NCBI GenBank assembly: GCA_031414535.1
Contig: JANNVQ010000024.1
Span: 1 to 49,813, forward strand
Direction of reading: 5' to 3'
DNA length: 49,813 nt
From: Gemmatimonas sp.
GTDB lineage: Bacteria > Gemmatimonadota > Gemmatimonadetes > Gemmatimonadales > Gemmatimonadaceae
Below the pieces are notes generated by a model. That model saw nothing but the letters and a program-made list of their open reading frames with translations, ran no database searches and was not told the DNA's origin. Shown piece after piece: positions 46,042 through 49,813 of this stretch. The position numbers and the translations under genes are program-made. How positions within the stretch are numbered: position 1 is the stretch's first letter; every line of letters begins with the position of its first letter.

Positions 46042-46614
46042 GTGACCGTAAGACAGACTGAGCCCGCTACCCCGGACGATCTCCTCGACGCCGATCAGGC
46101 GGTCATTGACCGCGTGCTCGCTGGGGACCGTAATGCTTTTGGCATCCTTATCGAGCGGTACAGCGATCCGCTGTATCGTCACGCCTACGGGATGACGGGC
46201 AGTGCGGACGTCGCGGAAGACATCCTGCAAGTGTCGTTCATCAAGGCGTTTCACCATCTCGCCGAAGTGCGCGGCCGGTTCGATGCGTGGGTGTTCCGGA
46301 TTGTGGCCAATGGTTGCAAGGATTGGCTGAAGAACATCCGGCGCACGCACCTGAGCTACGAGGACGACGACCAGCCTTCGGGATTCGAGACGCCGGAGGA
46401 AGAGTTGGACCGCGGGGAACTGCGGCGCGATCTGGATGGCGCGCTGGGGGCACTCCCGGACTCGTTGCGGGAAGCATTCGTGATGAAGCACGTCGAGGGC
46501 CGCTCGTACGAAGAGATGGCGGTGTTGCTCGACACGACGGTCGGAGCCCTGAAGATGCGTGTCCACCGCGCCCGTGAGGCGCTGCAGAAGCTGCTCGAGG
46601 AGCGATACTCGTGA
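46042..46614 (+). CDS. ECF RNA polymerase sigma factor
   Basis: AEDILQVSFIKAF, WVFRIVAN, SYEEMAVLL, GALKMRVHRAR; start placed at the GTG 6 nt after TACACT (the ORF could extend to 46021). Confidence 0.9.
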   Translation: MTVRQTEPATPDDLLDADQAVIDRVLAGDRNAFGILIERYSDPLYRHAYGMTGSADVAEDILQVSFIKAFHHLAEVRGRFDAWVFRIVANGCKDWLKNIRRTHLSYEDDDQPSGFETPEEELDRGELRRDLDGALGALPDSLREAFVMKHVEGRSYEEMAVLLDTTVGALKMRVHRAREALQKLLEERYS

Positions 46615-46910
46615 TGCATGACCCGGTAGATCCCAGAAGCGAGACGGCCCAGCCGTCCACCGATTCGCGCACGCCGGCCCAGGCGGAGCCGCAGGCACTC
46701 GACCGCGAAGTGCCGATTGCCTCGCGCGAGCTTTCGTCGGCGGTGCACTCGTGGCTCGACGGCGAGCCAGTCGCCGAGGCCTCGTTGTCCGGCGCCGAGC
46801 GCGAAGTGCAGCTCTGGACGAAGATCAGCGAAGAAGCGGGGCGTCGTCGCCGGATGGTCACGCCGGCGCATGTGCCGGTGCAGATCCTCTCGAAGCTCGC
46901 GGACGACTGA
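46614..46910 (+). CDS. Small hypothetical protein, possibly a soluble anti-sigma partner
   Basis: Overlaps the sigma stop; HSWLDGE resembles the anti-sigma 'YLDGE' segment; no TM and no HxxxCxxC. Confidence 0.55.
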   Translation: MHDPVDPRSETAQPSTDSRTPAQAEPQALDREVPIASRELSSAVHSWLDGEPVAEASLSGAEREVQLWTKISEEAGRRRRMVTPAHVPVQILSKLADD

Positions 46911-46932
46911 GTTTTGCTGAGTTCTGTGGGTG

Positions 46933-46966
46933 AGGCCGGCTTCGCGATGAAGCCGGCCTTTTTTTT
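46933..46966 (+). terminator. Intrinsic terminator of the sigma operon
   Basis: AGGCCGGCTTC-GCGAT-GAAGCCGGCCT followed by 7 T. Confidence 0.9.
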
Positions 46967-47402
46967 CACCACGGAGGCACGGAAGCACGGAGACTGCTAG
47001 AGGCGCATTCGGACGATGCCCTCTTTGAGGGTGGGATTGTTGAAGTTCAGAAGTAGGCCAATTGGGAGCTTCGTGAGTCTTAGGTAAGTAAGCAGTTGCG
47101 CTTTGTGGATGAGTTCGACTTTCGAGACGCACTTAACTTCGATGATCAGTTGGCCGGCAACGACGAAGTCCGCGCGGTACGCTGGCTCAATCGTTATCCC
47201 TCTGTAGATGATGGGAATGGTGACCTCGCTCTCGAAGAGAACTCTTCTCGCGTGAAGCTCAATTGCCAGACACTTCTGATACGCGCTCTCCGGCAAGCCA
47301 GGGCCCAACGCGCGGTGCACGGCAATCGCCGCGCCAAGTACCGTCTCGCAGAGTTGATCAATCTCCATTGCAGTCTCCGTGGCTCCGTGCCTCCGTGGTG
47401 AA
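46965..47402. mobile_element. Putative GxxExxY nuclease cassette bounded by 33-bp octamer-built inverted repeats
   Basis: 46965-46997 TTCACCACGGAGGCACGGAAGCACGGAGACTGC vs reverse complement of 47370-47402, TTCACCACGGAGGCACGGAGCCACGGAGACTGC (31/33); mobility is inferred. Confidence 0.65.
46997..47368 (-). CDS. GxxExxY protein (PD-(D/E)xK nuclease-like), 123 aa
   Basis: LGPGLPESAY (GxxExxY), RADFVV...IEVK, AQLLTYL, GLLLNF; ATG at 47368 with GGAG supplied by the repeat arm. Confidence 0.92.
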   Translation of the reverse strand: MEIDQLCETVLGAAIAVHRALGPGLPESAYQKCLAIELHARRVLFESEVTIPIIYRGITIEPAYRADFVVAGQLIIEVKCVSKVELIHKAQLLTYLRLTKLPIGLLLNFNNPTLKEGIVRMRL

Positions 47403-47493
47403 CGCAGTTGTAGTTCAGCCACCCCAACACCCCCAAACCAGAATCCCGCAGCCCGTGTAGATTCTCAACTACACGCAAAGCACGGAGCATTCG

Positions 47494-48018
47494 ATGAGCG
47501 CCCATCGTCGCATTCGGCCCTCGGCCGACGAGTTCAACCCATACTATGCCGGCTACATCGCACAGGTGCCCGACGGCGATGTGGTGGAGGCATTGATTGG
47601 TGGCGCCGAGATTGCCTCGGCACTCCTCGGCGATCTTGACGAAGCCACCGCCGCGCACGCCTACGCGCCCGGAAAGTGGACGCTCAAGGAAGTGTTGCTC
47701 CACTGCGCCGACGCCGAACGCATCTTTGCGTATCGCGCGTTGCGCATCGCGCGCGGTGATTCCATGCCGCTGCCGGGCTTCGACGAGAATGCCTACGTGC
47801 CGCTCAGTGGCGCGGCGAATCGTGGCATTGATGACATCCTCGATGAGTTCGAGTCCGTGCGTGAGTCCACGGTCACGCTCTTCTCAGGATTGCCTGCCGA
47901 CGCCTGGACCCGGCGCGGGACGGCCTCAGATCACCCCGTGTCGGTGCGAGCAATCGCGTGGATCTCAGCGGGGCATTTGTTGCATCACATGGGCGTGATT
48001 CAAGACAGATACTTGTAA
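47494..48018 (+). CDS. DinB family protein
   Basis: YAPGKWTLKEVLLH, ERIFAYRALRIARGD, LPGFDEN, GHLLHH. Confidence 0.88.
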   Translation: MSAHRRIRPSADEFNPYYAGYIAQVPDGDVVEALIGGAEIASALLGDLDEATAAHAYAPGKWTLKEVLLHCADAERIFAYRALRIARGDSMPLPGFDENAYVPLSGAANRGIDDILDEFESVRESTVTLFSGLPADAWTRRGTASDHPVSVRAIAWISAGHLLHHMGVIQDRYL

Positions 48019-48097
48019 CTGGACGGAAGACGGATGACGGAAGCTTGAAGGGTGCGCCGAGCTGAGCTTGGCGCACCCTTGTAGCATCCGTCTTCCG
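48017..48097. repeat. GACGGA(T/A) heptamer inverted-repeat cassette with inner hairpin, between the convergent dinB-family gene and lpdA
   Basis: AACTG + 3 units (48022-48042); inner stem AAGGGTGCGCCGAGC-TGA-GCTTGGCGCACCCTT (48048-48080); inverted ATCCGTCTTCCG. Confidence 0.88.
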
Positions 48098-48099
48098 CG

Positions 48100-49509
48100 T
48101 TACATGTGAATCGCGCGCCCGAGCGCCGCCAACGCCGCTTCCTTCACCACTTCGCTCAGCGTGGGATGCGAGTGCACCGTCTCGCCTACGTCGTCGGCGG
48201 TGCCGCGGTACTCCATCGCCAACACGATCTCGCTCAAGAGGTCGCCGACGTTCGGGCCAATCATGTGGCAGCCGAGAATCTCATCGGTTGCCGCATCGGT
48301 GACGAACTTTACGAAACCCTCGGTGCTGCCCATCGAACGCGCGCGGCCGTTGGCGCTGAACGGGAACTTGCCAATCTTGATCGCTCGGCCGCTGGCGCGC
48401 GCCTCTGACTCAGTGAGTCCGGCCGTCGCAATCTCGGGCCAGGTGTACACGATGCCGGGCATGTTGTGGTAATGCATTGAGGCGTGGTGACCCGCGATCA
48501 CCTCAGCGGCAACCACGCCTTCTTCTTCGGCTTTGTGCGCGAGCAACTTGCCACCCACGGCGTCGCCAATGGCGAAGACGTTCGGAAGGCTGGTGCGCAT
48601 CTGCGCGTCCACCACGATCTCGCCGCGCTTGCCGAGCGCGAGGCCGAGCGCTGCCGCGTCCACGCCCGTGAGCGACGGCTTGCGGCCAACAGAGACGAGC
48701 ACGTAATCGGCTTCGAACGACTGCTGTCCACCGTCCTTCTCGGTCTCGATGACCACCGTGGTTCCCCGACGTCCGCCGCCAACAACCTTCGTGGCGACGT
48801 GAATCTCTAAGCCCTGCTTGCTGAAGATCTTGTGCGCTTCCTTGATGATGTCGTCGTCGTTGCCAGGCAGAATCGTCGGTGCGTACTCGATGACGGTGAC
48901 CTTGGCGCCAAGGCGACGCCACACGGAGCCAAGCTCGAGGCCAATGACGCCACCACCGATGACGATGAGATGCTTGGGCACTTCCGGGATGCGCAGCGCA
49001 CCGACGTTGGAGAGCACGCGCTCTTCATCGAAGGGCAGGAAGGGCAACTGCACCGGCACGGAGCCGGTGGCGAGAATGACGTGCTTGGGCGTGTAGGTGG
49101 TGAGGGTGCCGTCGAGCGCCTTCACTTCCACCACGTTGCCGGCCTTCAGCGTCCCAACACCCTTGGCCCAAGTGACCTTGTTCTTCTTGAAAAGGAACTC
49201 GACGCCCTTGGTGTTCTGCGAGACCACGTCGTCCTTGCGCTTCAGCATCTGCGCGAGGTTGAGGCTGACGCCGGCGAGTTGGATGCCGTGCTCGTTTGCG
49301 TGCTTGAGGGCGAACTCGTAGTGCTCGCTCGACGCGAGGAGCGCCTTGCTCGGAATGCAACCGACGTTGACGCAGGTGCCGCCGAGGGTGCGGTCGAACT
49401 CCACGCAGACGACGCTCAGGCCGAGCTGCGCGGCGCGGATTGATGCGACGTATCCGCCGGGTCCGCCGCCGATGACGAGGAGGTCGGGGGAGAGGTTCTG
49501 GTCTGCCAC
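48100..49509 (-). CDS. lpdA: Dihydrolipoyl dehydrogenase
   Basis: GGGPGGY, GGTCVNVGCIPSK, GGGVIGLE, LAHKAEEEG, HSHPTLSE. Confidence 0.95.
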   Translation of the reverse strand: MADQNLSPDLLVIGGGPGGYVASIRAAQLGLSVVCVEFDRTLGGTCVNVGCIPSKALLASSEHYEFALKHANEHGIQLAGVSLNLAQMLKRKDDVVSQNTKGVEFLFKKNKVTWAKGVGTLKAGNVVEVKALDGTLTTYTPKHVILATGSVPVQLPFLPFDEERVLSNVGALRIPEVPKHLIVIGGGVIGLELGSVWRRLGAKVTVIEYAPTILPGNDDDIIKEAHKIFSKQGLEIHVATKVVGGGRRGTTVVIETEKDGGQQSFEADYVLVSVGRKPSLTGVDAAALGLALGKRGEIVVDAQMRTSLPNVFAIGDAVGGKLLAHKAEEEGVVAAEVIAGHHASMHYHNMPGIVYTWPEIATAGLTESEARASGRAIKIGKFPFSANGRARSMGSTEGFVKFVTDAATDEILGCHMIGPNVGDLLSEIVLAMEYRGTADDVGETVHSHPTLSEVVKEAALAALGRAIHM

Positions 49510-49570
49510 TGGGGGGAATCTCGTGTTGGAGTCTTGTCTCGGAATCTAAGCGTCTAAGCCGCGAACTTCA

Positions 49571-49709
49571 TTCACCACGAAGGCACGAAGGGTCCCCAGC
49601 AAGCTTTCGGCCCCGCGACCCCAAAGAAGAAATGCTTCTCGGGGTGGCGGGGCCGTCGGATTGATGCGGCTCCCTTCGTGCCTTGTATGTCTCCTAGTGT
49701 TCGTAGTAA
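49571..49709. repeat. Degenerate gene-less octamer (CACGAAGG) inverted-repeat cassette with inner hairpin
   Basis: TTCACCACGAAGGCACGAAGGG (49571-49592); inverted CCCTTCGTGCCTT (49672-49684) and TTCGTAGTAA (49700-49709); inner hairpin 49608-49655. Confidence 0.7.
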
Positions 49710-49813
49710 GTCTTCGGGGCGGCGGCAGCTCGATCAAGGTGCCACGGGGCGCGTGAGCCCGACACGAAGTGGGAGCGCCGTCGAACCGATCGCGGGAAGC
49801 CCGAACAGCCACT

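Noticed and set aside
46965..47402. Classical IS element call
   Set aside because: No DDE, HUH or serine-recombinase motifs and no clear target-site duplication; retained only as a putative novel cassette.
47369..47422. 18-aa extension of the GxxExxY ORF
   Set aside because: It is the translated inverted-repeat arm; the ATG at 47368 has a well-spaced GGAG.
49734..49813. Possible 3' end of a minus-strand gene (WLFGLPAIG...PVAP-stop) and the 49546-49812 ORF
   Set aside because: The fragment is too short to identify, and the 88-aa ORF runs through the repeat cassette.

Overview
GC-rich (roughly 65%, estimated by eye) bacterial chromosome segment. Gene content and style suggest Gemmatimonadota (inference). 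It is mostly housekeeping: msrPQ, an RlmL-like methyltransferase, sucA, ndh, mlaE/mlaD, nadB-nadA-nadC, cydAB, psd, rho, an EF-G paralogue, thyX, rnhA, lpdA and an ECF sigma factor. No rRNA, tRNA, CRISPR array or classical transposase was seen. The most notable signal is intergenic. A lower-GC GxxExxY (PD-(D/E)xK nuclease-like) gene is bounded almost exactly, start codon to stop codon, by 33-bp inverted repeats built from three CACGGAGN-type octamers. The same arms recur without the gene at 14621-14759 and, degenerately, at 49571-49709, where a GC hairpin replaces the gene. This looks like an autonomous/non-autonomous element pair. A parallel family with GACGGAT heptamer arms occurs three times and a GAAGAGC type once. 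Other points of interest: a divergent porin / type-1-copper cupredoxin / periplasmic-sensor-HAMP-Ser/Thr-kinase module, nine start codons with a TANNNT box 5-7 nt upstream (probably leaderless mRNAs), a stand-alone HisKA-like mini-protein, a Rof/WYL-like mini-protein, and a Rho with a long repeat-rich N-terminal extension.
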